A program made the position numbers and the translations under genes. The notes below the pieces were generated by a model, which saw nothing but the letters and a program-made list of their open reading frames with translations, was not told where the DNA came from and ran no database searches. 64,000 bases of DNA. Source: Oopsacas minuta (lineage: Eukaryota > Animalia > Porifera). Shown here piece by piece: positions 22,832 through 34,030 of the stretch. The DNA is taken from positions 1 through 64,000 of the forward strand of contig JAKMXF010000066.1 in assembly GCA_024704765.1 (NCBI GenBank), given 5' to 3'. Position 1 is the first letter of the stretch, and each line of letters starts with the position of its first letter.

Positions 22832-24190
22832 ATGGATTCTAAACAGAGCTGGAACATCATTCTACTCTTGCTCCTGTATTTTCTACAAGGTGTTCCCCTT
22901 GGTTTATCAGCTGCTATCCCTATGATGCTAGCCTCCAGGAATATTTCATACCGCCAACAAGCTATGTTCTCTCTCGTATACTGGCCCTTCAGTATAAAGC
23001 TATTATGGGCTCCAATAGTAGACGTGTTGTATGTTAGCAGTATAGGTAGAAGGAAATCTTGGCTTATTCCAGTTCAGCTACTCCTGGGATTAGTTCTATT
23101 GCTACTCAGTGGTAGTGTAGATTTGAATACGGAGCTGAGTGTAACATATCTCACCAGTTGTTTCTTCCTGGTTAATTTCCTGGCAGCTACACAAGACATA
23201 GCTGTAGACGGCTGGGCTCTGTCTCTATTGAGTAGAGAATTAGTAGGTTATGCTTCTACCTGTAATTCTGTAGGACAGACAGCTGGGTACTTTGTAGGGT
23301 TTATGTTATTGCTGGCATTGGAATCACAGGACTTTACGAATGCTTATATCAGGACAACTCCAGCTGATGGAGGGTTAGTAACGCTAGGTGGGTTTATGGC
23401 ATTCTGGGGAGTAGTATTTATCGTAGTTACATTGACATTATCTGTATTGAAGAAAGAATCTACTGACAACACAACAATGACATTATCTAAAGCATATTCT
23501 GAGCTATGGAAGATTATCAAGAAAGAAATTGTATTAGAATACTGTTTGATTGTATTCACTTCTAAGATAGCGTTTGCTGCTTCTGATTCTATCAGTCATC
23601 TGAAGCTAATTAACGCAGGTGTCCCGAAACAGAATCTAGCTCTCCTTGCTGTCCCTATAGCTCCATTACAAATCATATTACCCTGGTTCTATAGCAGATA
23701 CACGGTAGGACCTTATCCCATGGATCTGTTCGTAAAGTCCTATCCCTATAGACTTATATTTATTATTATTAACGCTATGCTGGTGCATTTTACCATACAG
23801 ATGGGTTCAGAGTTCAGTTCATCTTACTACTTCATTATTCTGTTTATTTCTCTCTTGCATCAACTTACTGTTATTCCTATGTTCGTAGCATGCATGGCAT
23901 ATCATAATGTAGTCAGTGATCCGCTTATCGGCGGTACATACATGACCCTGTTAAACACACTTATGAATATCAGTGGTAATTGGCCAGCAACAGCATCTCT
24001 CTGGCTAGTAGATTACGTCACTATTAAGAACTGTATTAGGAACGAGTGTACGACTCAATTGGATGGATACTACATATTGACAGGGATTGGATTTGTTGTG
24101 GGATGTATTTGGATATTTGTTATGGGAAAGAGATTGAGACTTATTCAGAGAAGGAGCAGAGATTTATGGAAATGTTCCGTCCCTAACTAA
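22832..24190 (+). CDS. SLC33A1: Acetyl-CoA transporter 1 (MFS, AT-1/AmpG family), single exon
   Basis: LLYFLQGVPLGL, WPFSIKLLWAPIVD, GRRKSWLIPVQ, FLAATQDIAVDGWAL, ASTCNSVGQTAGYF, DPLIGGTYMTLLNT, DGYY; multiple TM helices. Confidence 0.95.
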   Translation: MDSKQSWNIILLLLLYFLQGVPLGLSAAIPMMLASRNISYRQQAMFSLVYWPFSIKLLWAPIVDVLYVSSIGRRKSWLIPVQLLLGLVLLLLSGSVDLNTELSVTYLTSCFFLVNFLAATQDIAVDGWALSLLSRELVGYASTCNSVGQTAGYFVGFMLLLALESQDFTNAYIRTTPADGGLVTLGGFMAFWGVVFIVVTLTLSVLKKESTDNTTMTLSKAYSELWKIIKKEIVLEYCLIVFTSKIAFAASDSISHLKLINAGVPKQNLALLAVPIAPLQIILPWFYSRYTVGPYPMDLFVKSYPYRLIFIIINAMLVHFTIQMGSEFSSSYYFIILFISLLHQLTVIPMFVACMAYHNVVSDPLIGGTYMTLLNTLMNISGNWPATASLWLVDYVTIKNCIRNECTTQLDGYYILTGIGFVVGCIWIFVMGKRLRLIQRRSRDLWKCSVPN

Positions 24191-24493
24191 ACGAGAATAT
24201 ACACACATATTTTGTGAATAATATTATGCTAATAGGTATATTTCAATTCCGAATGCAGTAGTCGGTTATATGAATTTATACACAACTGGATGGAAAATGG
24301 TTTGAATTTTACATACTATCACAGTAACATCTTTTGATAACGAAGTGCTTGTGACCCCATTTCGTTATAAGCAGAGTAAATCAATTACTTTCAAGCTACA
24401 GGAGTAAAGAATCACTTTGTTATAATGGGAGTTTACTGTAATTCTTATTTATTATATATAATAATTTCTTTTGAAAGATTAGATAGTTTCATC

Positions 24494-25807
24494 ATGGGCC
24501 GGCGTTCTATGAAAACAACGAAGGGAGGTAAGTTCATGAACCCTACAGACCAAGCTCGCAAGGAGGCACGACGTAAAGAGCTGAAGAAGAACAAGAAGCA
24601 GAGACTGGTGGTTAGAGAGGCTGTGATAAAGTCTAAAGAACCTAAAGAGATATTGAAAGAAATTGAAGAGCTGGATGAACAGGACATGGAGTCTACATCA
24701 CGAGGCCTTCCCAACGAGAAAGGCATAAAGGAACGTAAGAGAAAGTTGTTAGAGACTGTAGACAGGCTACAGATGTATTGGGAGAAAGAAAATCCTGTGC
24801 AATGCCGGGAGCTTAAACAGTTGGTAAAAGAGAGCTACGAGAGACGTCAGAGACTTAAACACACTTATGCTTTCAGTTCTAGAGCTGTAGATCCTGCTGA
24901 GCAGAGGGAGCTCCTCTCTCTTATCCCTCTTCCTTCTGAAGCTGTTCCTTCTCTCTCTACAGACACCCTCCCGCAGGATATTCCACTCCCAGACTCTGAG
25001 ACAAACCTAATCCCTCCTAACCCTATCCTCAAGTCCCTTCACACCCAATATCCGCTTTCTAGACCTCAGATCGTGGAAAGGAACAGACACCTCCCCAGGA
25101 AGCCCCCCAATCCTCCACCAGGTCTCCCTCCAGCCTTAGCATCCAGGAAGAAGTTATCCGGCCTTACTGAGCTAGAACTTATCAACAAAGTTGCAATGAA
25201 GAAAGTTTCATTCGCTCCTCTTATACAAGATACTTTCAATCAAGACGAATCAACAGAACCAACTACCGTATCTATTAACACAAAAACTCTCCCTCCTACC
25301 CATGGCATGTTAATCCCCTCTGCTCCTCCCGCCCCTCCTCCTATCAGGGCTCCCTTCCTCCTACCCTCTCAATCTATAACTCCCCAGGCTACACTAGCAC
25401 AGCTACAGAAAACTGCTATTACACAGATTCCTAACCGAATAGAGCCTCATATTCAAGCTAGTGCTGTCCTCAACAAAGCTCAGGTCTCTCTCACAGACCC
25501 TCCTCCTCCTCCTCAACAAGCTTCTCTGATGCCCAGCATTAATACTCTACCCCCCTCTGTTATATCTGCTAAGCCTCAGCTAAGAAATACTTACGCAGAA
25601 GTTACCAAATTCGTACCTACTACAATTAGAGTACGGAGGGAAGGAACTCTTAGCAAGAGTAACACTCCAACACAATCACGTCTCCCTAGTAGGATATCTT
25701 CTCAACAGTCTTATGGACTGACTTACAAAGAGAAACAGAGACCTCCTGTCAGGACACAGGACGAGGCTTATACTGACTTTATGAAAGAAATGGAATCATT
25801 GCTTTAA
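24494..25807 (+). CDS. WBP11: WW domain-binding protein 11 (NpwBP/SIPP1), single exon
   Basis: N-terminal MGRRSMKTTKGGKFMNPTDQARKEARRKELKKNKKQR, RVxF-type KVSF motif, proline-rich middle, SAKPQLRN...VTKFVPT.IRVRRE, and C-terminal DEAY.DFMKEMESLL. Confidence 0.95.
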   Translation: MGRRSMKTTKGGKFMNPTDQARKEARRKELKKNKKQRLVVREAVIKSKEPKEILKEIEELDEQDMESTSRGLPNEKGIKERKRKLLETVDRLQMYWEKENPVQCRELKQLVKESYERRQRLKHTYAFSSRAVDPAEQRELLSLIPLPSEAVPSLSTDTLPQDIPLPDSETNLIPPNPILKSLHTQYPLSRPQIVERNRHLPRKPPNPPPGLPPALASRKKLSGLTELELINKVAMKKVSFAPLIQDTFNQDESTEPTTVSINTKTLPPTHGMLIPSAPPAPPPIRAPFLLPSQSITPQATLAQLQKTAITQIPNRIEPHIQASAVLNKAQVSLTDPPPPPQQASLMPSINTLPPSVISAKPQLRNTYAEVTKFVPTTIRVRREGTLSKSNTPTQSRLPSRISSQQSYGLTYKEKQRPPVRTQDEAYTDFMKEMESLL

Positions 25808-26951
25808 TTCTATTGCATTACTAATATATTTCCTGAATTCAAGTCTTACATCACATACTGTGGATATAGTACATAATACAAGAAAATATGACCTGTCGTA
25901 TCACTCATACAATATCCTAAAATTTACTTCATTATAGGTACGAGGAGATTGATCAGTTGAGCTATACCACTTATTTTTTAGAATTGATAGTAAGATTATT
26001 TCTCTCCTATATTTACTTCAGAAATTGTTGACTATATGAAAATTTCAGACTTACTAGCCCGCTTCGCTTGCTCGCGCTACGCGGTTGCGAACACTTCATG
26101 TCAGCACTCGGGCCTAAGGCCCTTGAGTACATAAACTCATAATCCTATCTGTAACAACATGATACTGCCACAATCTTTAAATCTGTTATTTTATGTCCCC
26201 AAAAGTGAACAAATATTTAGGAAATGTTGTTTACAATATCATATTTGGATTCAGCATACTCGACTGGACTCATTTTTTTAGTGCAGCTCCTTTAGGGAGA
26301 TGCCTTAAGGCCACTGTTATTGAGAAAGTTGTTCCAGCTTCACATGAGACCCACCTGAGCATGGTTCATCATCATCATCTCATTATTTGGTGATTTATAA
26401 GAGGGAAAATTGGTTCATAAAAAATATTAAAATGAGTGAAGTCAAATTTGATATGAGAGTATGCTAGATCATTGGTTAGCGAACTTTTTGTAAAATGAAT
26501 TCACGTCCCTAATTCTTCACTCACAGCTATTAAACGTAGGTGAAAAGAATAAACTCAAAAGAGTATCTGTCGAAATGAGATAATCTAGTTTATTCTTACA
26601 CTTTTAACTCAAAAGTACTGAAGAATAAACTTGAATCAGAACTTGATATTAAATTTGAGTAAACATCCAGGTATACTTTCAAAGATGAATTTTATCTCGC
26701 GACGCCCTAGATATTGTTCCCCGACCGCCAATTTGAGAAACACTGCTAGATGAAGAAAATGTGATCTATAATAGCTAGTTGTACACTCTGTAGCTGAATT
26801 ACATTGAGTATGGTGAAATAATGATAATATTCGAGCGATAACCAAATCAGATGCGGGCGGTGGAGCTGAAACGTGTTTCTAACTAACAGTAGCCTAATAA
26901 TGTATTCTCTTTATTATTTATAAATCATGCAATTATTTAAATCATTTGGAT

Positions 26952-27515
26952 TTAGCAATTGTTCTTTGTCTCCATCCCACTGATGAGTGCATGTAGATGA
27001 GATGCTATTGCACTCTCATCAGACATACTTGTGCCAAATATCCCACATAGCATATCATAGGAATTATTCAAATCCAAAACACGCCTCATTTCTACCTCAT
27101 TCACTGCTCCATGCAAATCTTGCTTGTTTGCTAGAATTACAAGTGGGACTTGTTGTAATTTGATATTGTTGAGTATCTCTTGTAGTTGTCTCTTGTTTTC
27201 CTCGAAACTTGATTTATCTTCGCTATCTATGACGTAGATAATTCCATCTGCAACAGGATAGAAAAATTGCCATCCCAGTCTCTCTATCGTGCTCCCACCT
27301 AAATCCCATAAGTTTATACACGATCCTGATTTATCATCTTTAGGATAAGTGGACAGTTTAAATCCTTCCGTAGGAATATATTCAGTTTCCTTTCCAGCCT
27401 GGAACTTCGTTAGTAACGTACTCTTCCCGCTTCTGCTAAGTCCCAGTAGTAATATGTTTTGATTGGACGCTACCTTATCAGATTTCTTGTTGAATTTGCT
27501 CACTTCTTTTCCCAT
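26952..27515 (-). CDS. ARF-like small GTPase, closest in motif style to ARL3, atypical
   Basis: MG start (myristoylation-type), G1 GLSRSGKST, IPTEGF, G3 WDLGGS, IYVIDS.D...FEE, G4 LANKQD. The ORF is open from 27551. Confidence 0.85.
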   Translation of the reverse strand: MGKEVSKFNKKSDKVASNQNILLLGLSRSGKSTLLTKFQAGKETEYIPTEGFKLSTYPKDDKSGSCINLWDLGGSTIERLGWQFFYPVADGIIYVIDSEDKSSFEENKRQLQEILNNIKLQQVPLVILANKQDLHGAVNEVEMRRVLDLNNSYDMLCGIFGTSMSDESAIASHLHALISGMETKNNC

Positions 27516-28048
27516 TTTACTTTTGTTTATCAAATGTTCAGTATTCAACACATTTTATACATTTCTTCGTTGAAGATGACAGCATTGATTTAAGCCATAC
27601 ATCAAACTACCTATATTCTCTTATTTGGTTATTTTAGTGGATAATTACATATTTTTGGTTTAATTGCGGATAATTAATGTATAAAATATACATAAATTGA
27701 AGTACAGTATCTGGTTTACTCATAAAATTTGTGTATACGTAGGTGGAAATTTCTACAGCTATAGATTGCTTATCCAACTTCGGCCTTGTATTCATCATTT
27801 TATCTGACCATTCATTATTACTACAGCTAAGCAGAGTATCTGGTACGTAGGTAGTACACCATAAACCATTTACACAAGTAAGCTACACTTCCTTCCGCTA
27901 CGCGGTTGCGGACACGTGTTGAATGCACGATTCTAAGACCTTTTAGAAAATTGACTTTTACTTACTTATTCACTATTTAATTAATAGAATTGAATTCCTA
28001 ATTTGGACAAACTCTTGACGAACCTTGCAATTTTAGTCTTTTCTAAAC

Positions 28049-28521
28049 CAGAGTTGGAATCGGGTTCACTTTTCAAAACTCGACCCGAACCCAAAGTGTA
28101 AATAGGTGTAGATATTAACTGAAATTCTTCTAAAATATATATTTTGTTGACATTATAACTAATATTAGTCAAACAAGTTTTTCTTTTGATGTTTTTCAGC
28201 TGAATATAAAATCTTCAGCGCCTACGCTGTTTCTGGAGAAAGTAAAGTTCTCCGCTCAGTGAGTGTTAGTCCACAGGATGAGAAATCACGTTCTGATTGT
28301 GCACTAGAACATTGTACCGCAAACAACATTTTTGCCAATTGGATAAGAATTGGAAATCTCTTTTTGAGGCCACTTCATTAAAGTTCTATATGACGTTTCT
28401 AATATAAATATAATCTTTCAAAAATAGAACTAAATCATTGAATTAAAAAAATTACGCACAAAGTTCGAACTGATCAACTTCGAACACGAACCCGATAAAC
28501 CCGAACCCGATTCCAACTCTG
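28049..28521. mobile_element. hAT MITE, 473 bp
   Basis: Perfect 19-bp TIR CAGAGTTGGAATCGGGTTC; perfect 8-bp TSD TTCTAAAC (28041-48 and 28522-29); subterminal ACCCGA repeats. Confidence 0.92.
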
Positions 28522-29448
28522 TTCTAAACATGACTGCTTTTTTGAATTTTTTGATAATTCACTATTCTTTGTTGTAACTTTATACTTTCCAATATTATAT
28601 TGCTCTCATTGATTGTGCGCTAAAATTAGGATAGCTAAAGCAAATTTTTACTGTGCCGATTATACTTCAGTATAGTGGCCCAGTATTGAAGTGGTTGCCT
28701 ATTATTTTTTTTTCTCTGTAAAAGCCCTGCTGTCAAAACTGGATAGAATTAAGGTGATATATGGTGTGAGAAATAATGAAGATATTCATCGGGTGTGCTT
28801 CTCCCCTTTGCTAATCAATCGGACACCAAGTGCCACTATTTCACACTGGTCAAACTTTTGTCTGGCCTCTAGCAAAAATTATGAAAGGAAAGGTGCCAAA
28901 ATTTTCACACCTTTCTAAACAGCAAAAATTCTACACCTTCGTACTCTTCAAGAATATTATGTTGGTTATAGTTTTTTTGCTGAAAGTTAATGAAAAATAT
29001 TCATTTTATAGCATTACGTCATCTGTAATAATTCTATTGTTCTTAGATGTTAAATATTTATTAGTTAAACAATGGTTACTTCTAGTGTTGTATATAATAT
29101 GCATACATTGAATATCTAAATTTAACGGTAACTTTAATTATTTCGATAATATTTATGAATATAATAATTTTCAAATTCACCATGGATAATTTAAAAGGCA
29201 TGTATTTCCCCAAATATATAACCTTAGAATAATCGTAGAAGATTGTTCTAAACATCAAAGGGGGTAATTCAATACGCTGATTACGAATTTGTACCGATCA
29301 AATCTTCTCCACTATTCCCTTCAATTAACATTATTAGTCAACTGATAATTACTGCGAACAAATTGAACATTATATTGGCTGGATGATCTTTTTAATTTGT
29401 AAATAAATTGTTTGGTGGATTTGAAATCCGAGCGAAGCGAGAAAAAAA

Positions 29449-29637
29449 TACAAAATTGCAACCTGTGCCGACAGTTTAGTCTATTAAATTCAATTTGTTT
29501 AAAAAGTGGCACTATTAATTGGAGGCACTATGTGCATTGGATTAAACCTAACCTTTCATAGTGCCTCCAATTAATAGTGCCATTTTTAAACAATTAGATT
29601 TGATAGACTAAGCTGTCGGCACAGGTTGTAATTGTAT
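29449..29637. mobile_element. Palindromic TA-flanked MITE (family D, copy 1)
   Basis: Near-perfect foldback: ACCTGTGCCGACAG...AAAAAGTGGCACTATTAATTGGAGGCACTATG, a short loop, then the reverse complement; diverged copy at 47668-47820. Confidence 0.8.
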
Positions 29638-30669
29638 AATCTTTGGCCAGAAGTTCGCTCCCTGTGTATATTCAAGAAACCCCTCAAATTGCAGATATAT
29701 GGATCTTGTTATTGTTAGTTTCGATAATACTTGGCTTTCAAGTAATAGTGGTGAAATACCTAGTAGGCGAACATTCCTACAGCTGTAATATATTTTAGAA
29801 CTTATTTGCTTGGTAGAAGTCAAGAACTAGAATCTTTTGAATATATTCTGATATACTGACTATGTTGTCTAGTATTCCTTATCAAACCAATAATCTTTAC
29901 TTTTTATCATCTTTGTGGTATTCTAATTACACATCATCAAATTGATAAGCCCATTTTCATGAATTCAGTGATGACTGATTAAATATACAATCTGATCGAT
30001 TGTTCACGCTATGCACGGTCTCAAAACTTGGACTCCGACCTTCATTCCTAAAATTAGCTTGATACCTCTCCTCAAAAATATATATGTCTAAGATATTATT
30101 CATAATATCGTAATTGCGTATCTTTGTTCATTAAGAAGTATACTGTTTATTTAAATTGACTTTACTCACAGCAAAATCTCTATTCTAACATACTATGCAA
30201 CGGTAAGGTACGAATTACAATGTTGAAAATGCTAAATTCAGTATTTGCGTAATATCGTTACCCTTAGTTAATCATTGAGAAATTTTATTATTTATACTAG
30301 CGCGCTATGCTTGCTAGGTCACTGTGCTATAGCAGTGTACTCATAACTTCGTGTTTCGCATCCACAGAAACATTATTAGAAAGCAAGAGTGAGAGCGCAA
30401 AACTGACACTCTTTGGTCAACACTGGTATTGATCACGCAGCTTTTCGATATCTTTATCTGTCTGTCTGTTGGTTGTCAAGGAAATAATGTACGTATTAGT
30501 GTGTTTATAAGAAATGTAACTTATCAAAATAGATAGACTTTTGGCTCCAATACATTGTCCTTAATTATACCTAGTAGTTACTCATGTATCAATAAAATAT
30601 TTAGTAACTACTAGGTATAGTTAAGGACCTTGATGAATATCCTAATTTTCATTTATTATTTAATTATTA

Positions 30670-31201
30670 CGAGCCTTTGTCTCGTCGCTTCGCGATGATT
30701 CAACGGCAAACAAACAGACAAACAACAATTGAGATTTAATACTAATCATGTTGTTTACAATATTCAGATTCAGCATACTCGAATATACCAGGATAGTCGT
30801 TGAAAGTATGATTCTACCTCAATTTTGAAATTTGTTTGCTATATGTACCTAAAAGTAAACAAATTTTCACATTATGTTGTTTACAATACCATTTTCGGAC
30901 TCAGTCTACTCGATTACCCCAGGATAGTCGTTGAAAGTATGATTCTACAACTATATTGAAATTTGTTTACTTTATATTCATAAAAACAACAATAACTTTA
31001 CATATGATTAATCCAAATGTGTGAAAATCGGATTCAGCATGTTCGATATATTTAGTGAAGTTTTATTGAAATCTATTTACTGCCTTGATAAACACGAAAA
31101 TACATAGTTATGCTACAATTTCAAAATTACATACCATAAATCCTTTCCTTAACAACGGACAAACAAACAAACAGACAACAATTGAGATTTAATAATATAG
31201 A
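30670..31201 (-). mobile_element. Apparently complete non-autonomous Helitron-like element (532 bp)
   Basis: Minus strand reads A|TCTATATTATTAAATCTC...GTCTGTTTGTTTGTTTGTCCG...CATCGCGAAGCGACGAGACAAAGGCTCG|T: 5' TC, GC-rich subterminal hairpin, CTCG end, AT insertion site, no TSD. Internal diverged tandem duplication of about 125 bp (30747-30975). Confidence 0.7.
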
Positions 31202-31821
31202 TACAGTGCAGTGCAGTTCATGCAAAAATTATCCTCTGGACTGGTCGCCATCCATAGTAACTCGTTATTAGTAATTTATTATACCAAATCGTGAACTACG
31301 TAATATACATTTATCGTTTAAAGTTCATAACTAATAATAAAGAGCAAAAACCGAATGGCTCAGTTTTTTATTGCTGTTTCCAGTCTTTATATTATGTAGT
31401 TCACGATTTGGTTTAATTTTTATTCACGATTACTGTATACGTATTCAAACAAAAACTGAACTGTCTACCGTTAATGCATCAGGAGATAACTCAATGGTAT
31501 CAAGTAATGAAGGATCTGTTCAAGTAAGAATAGCAGACTACAAAGAAATACATACACGGTTATAACCATCTAGAATAATTTTTTGATGAGATTTACACCT
31601 CACTTGACTATACAACAATTTATGATAATTAGTTTCCAACATCATTTGTATTTTCAAAAGTTATACAAAGAAGTGCCTACGAAAATAATAAGCTCCGGGG
31701 GAAATACGGTTATTGGAGTTGCCTTATATACGTCATTAATTCTACACATATCAACACGAATAGTATTTACTACATTAAATATAGATATGTGATTAATAAT
31801 AATTCATTTACACATAATAAT

Positions 31822-32676
31822 TCAAAAGTATTCACATGCGTGAATTGAAGTGTTGAATGAAACTTGGTATAACATGAACATACCAATCGTACTAAATATA
31901 TGCAATAGATTGTGACTATTACCGATTAAGTCGAATTGTCCTGGGAATATAATTTCAGGAAACTTCGTTGCATACACTACACCTGCTAAAGTACAAAATC
32001 CCAACGCAACGCTCATCATCCAGCGCGTGGTCAGATCACATTGTACATGGAAATCTAAATTGTAGCTGAGATATGACGGAGAATACACTAGTAAAACAAG
32101 TAGTGCAAATGCTCTGACTTGGTAATGTTTATTTCTAGGATTCCTGAATGTTTTCGAAATGTATGTAAATCCCACCAAGGTAAGGATAGAAATGATACTG
32201 AAGAGTTTAGATAAATGAGAATGATTGTAGAATTTGAAATGATTCAGTGATATGCTATGCAAACAGTTCAAGATGGCAATTCCTAAAATGTCAATTTCAC
32301 GGAGCCAAGCAACCCAATTGATGTGGTTTGATAAGCAGTGATAGATAGCAGATATTCCAAAGCAAATGAAATTTCCTAGTAGCGGAAAATTCAAGATTAT
32401 TCTGTCCATCAAATTGAGATCGACCTTTAGCGAATGATTTTGGAATGAGATGGGATCTGAGAATATGTTTATGTACATAAATACTAAAGCAATTACTGAC
32501 GGGAAAAGATGTGTCCATATATTTGCTGTCTCATTATGTAACTGCAATGAAGAGCATAGACATGAGCATGGCGAGGTGGTGGGCCGTCTGTAGTACTTGA
32601 AAATACAAGGATTATCCTTCATTTCAGGTATTAGCTTAGGTACTTCTTTATAAGAAATTAGGCCAAACTTGTCCAT
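31822..32676 (-). CDS. PAQR family (progestin/adipoQ receptor, PAQR3/4-like) 7TM protein, single exon
   Basis: HNETANIWTH, SAIYH, D in EIDILGI, PE..FPGQFDLIGNSHNLLH; the CREST-family metal-binding residues are retained. Confidence 0.92.
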   Translation of the reverse strand: MDKFGLISYKEVPKLIPEMKDNPCIFKYYRRPTTSPCSCLCSSLQLHNETANIWTHLFPSVIALVFMYINIFSDPISFQNHSLKVDLNLMDRIILNFPLLGNFICFGISAIYHCLSNHINWVAWLREIDILGIAILNCLHSISLNHFKFYNHSHLSKLFSIISILTLVGFTYISKTFRNPRNKHYQVRAFALLVLLVYSPSYLSYNLDFHVQCDLTTRWMMSVALGFCTLAGVVYATKFPEIIFPGQFDLIGNSHNLLHIFSTIGMFMLYQVSFNTSIHACEYF

Positions 32677-32963
32677 CTCTTAGAATTGTAAATAGGTCGT
32701 ATTTGATTATTCGTTTGTATGATCAGATTTATTTATACCTAATCTCTGAAGTTATACAATCACACTTATTTGTTAAATTCCTTCCAGGATATGCACATAT
32801 AATTATTCTATAGTAAGTGGTAACAGATAGCTTTATTCACTATTTTATGCAAGCTGTAAATCAGCACAATACTACCTGAATTATACTTAGCTACTGCTTA
32901 TTACTTCAGTTAGACGAAATAATGTAAGCTGGCTCTATTGCCTACGAATACCTAATTGTTGTA

Positions 32964-32968
<5 letters not shown>

Positions 32969-33022
<54 letters not shown>
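32969..33022 (+). repeat. (GT)27 microsatellite inside a Helitron-like copy
   Basis: Pure GT run at the position of the GTCT/GTTT motif of the family (flanks AATTGTTGTATGTCT and TCGTTGTTAAAGAAAGGATTTATGG). Confidence 0.95.
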
Positions 33023-33023
<1 letters not shown>

Positions 33024-33282
33024 CGTTGTTAAAGAAAGGATTTATGGAATGCTATTTGAATGATTGTTGTTTTTATTACTTAGAGACTTGCTCTCAACCA
33101 CCATATAGAGGTAATCAAGTACGCTGAATCAGAATTTCACATTTTCAAGTTTATCATATGTAAATTTATTTTTGTTTTTTATGAATCTATATTATTAAAT
33201 GCCATTGTTGTCTGTCTGTTGTTCGTTGTCAAGGATAGGATTTATGAAGTGTTGTATCAATTTCGAATTTCTCAGTTCTGAC

Positions 33283-33579
33283 TAGGGATCGACCGGGGGC
33301 GCCGGCAAAAAGTTGAGAACTGGCCCTTGGCCAGCCGGGGTGTTTAATGAAATTTATGCTAAGAGTTATTTGTAAAGCAAAACATCATAGGTTTGGAACA
33401 AAGAAAATCTTCACTATCATCATCAATTTCCTCGACGTGTTGATTAGGAAGAACTACGTCAGGAGGTGGTTGAAGTAATTTGAATGAGCCAAATCCAACA
33501 GCTCTTAGGTTATACTTGAGGAACTAGGGATCGAGCTGGGCCCGGTTCCGGCCAAAATTGTGCCCCAGGTCGATCCATA
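33283..33579. mobile_element. hAT MITE, 297 bp, nested in a Helitron-like copy (33186-33830)
   Basis: TIR TAGGGATCGACCGGGGGC vs TATGGATCGACCTGGGGC; perfect 8-bp TSD GTTCTGAC (33275-82 and 33580-87). Confidence 0.88.
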
Positions 33580-34030
33580 GTTCTGACATGTCGCATAACT
33601 ATGTACTTATGATTATCGTGTTTCTCAAGAAAGTAAACATAATTCAATAAAACTTCGCAAAATATATCGAATATGCTGAATCCGATTTTCACACGTTTGA
33701 ATTAATCACATGCAAATTTATTTGGTGTTTTTATTAATATAAAGTGAACAAATAGTTGAAATCTTCAAATATACGTAGAGACTTGCTCTTAACGGCTACT
33801 ATAGGGTAACAAAGTACTCGTTTTATGAATATACAGTTAAATATAGGAATTACCATATTTCACAGAACTTTTCATGGCAATCACCGATGTTAATTGGTAG
33901 TTTCAAGTTACACGAGCATACATTAGCTAGAGTTTGTATATTATAATATTTAAAAAATATAACAAATCTCCTTTTGACAAATGGTAACAAATGAATCTGA
34001 CAATGAGAAGCTACTCGTAGCTCTACTGAT

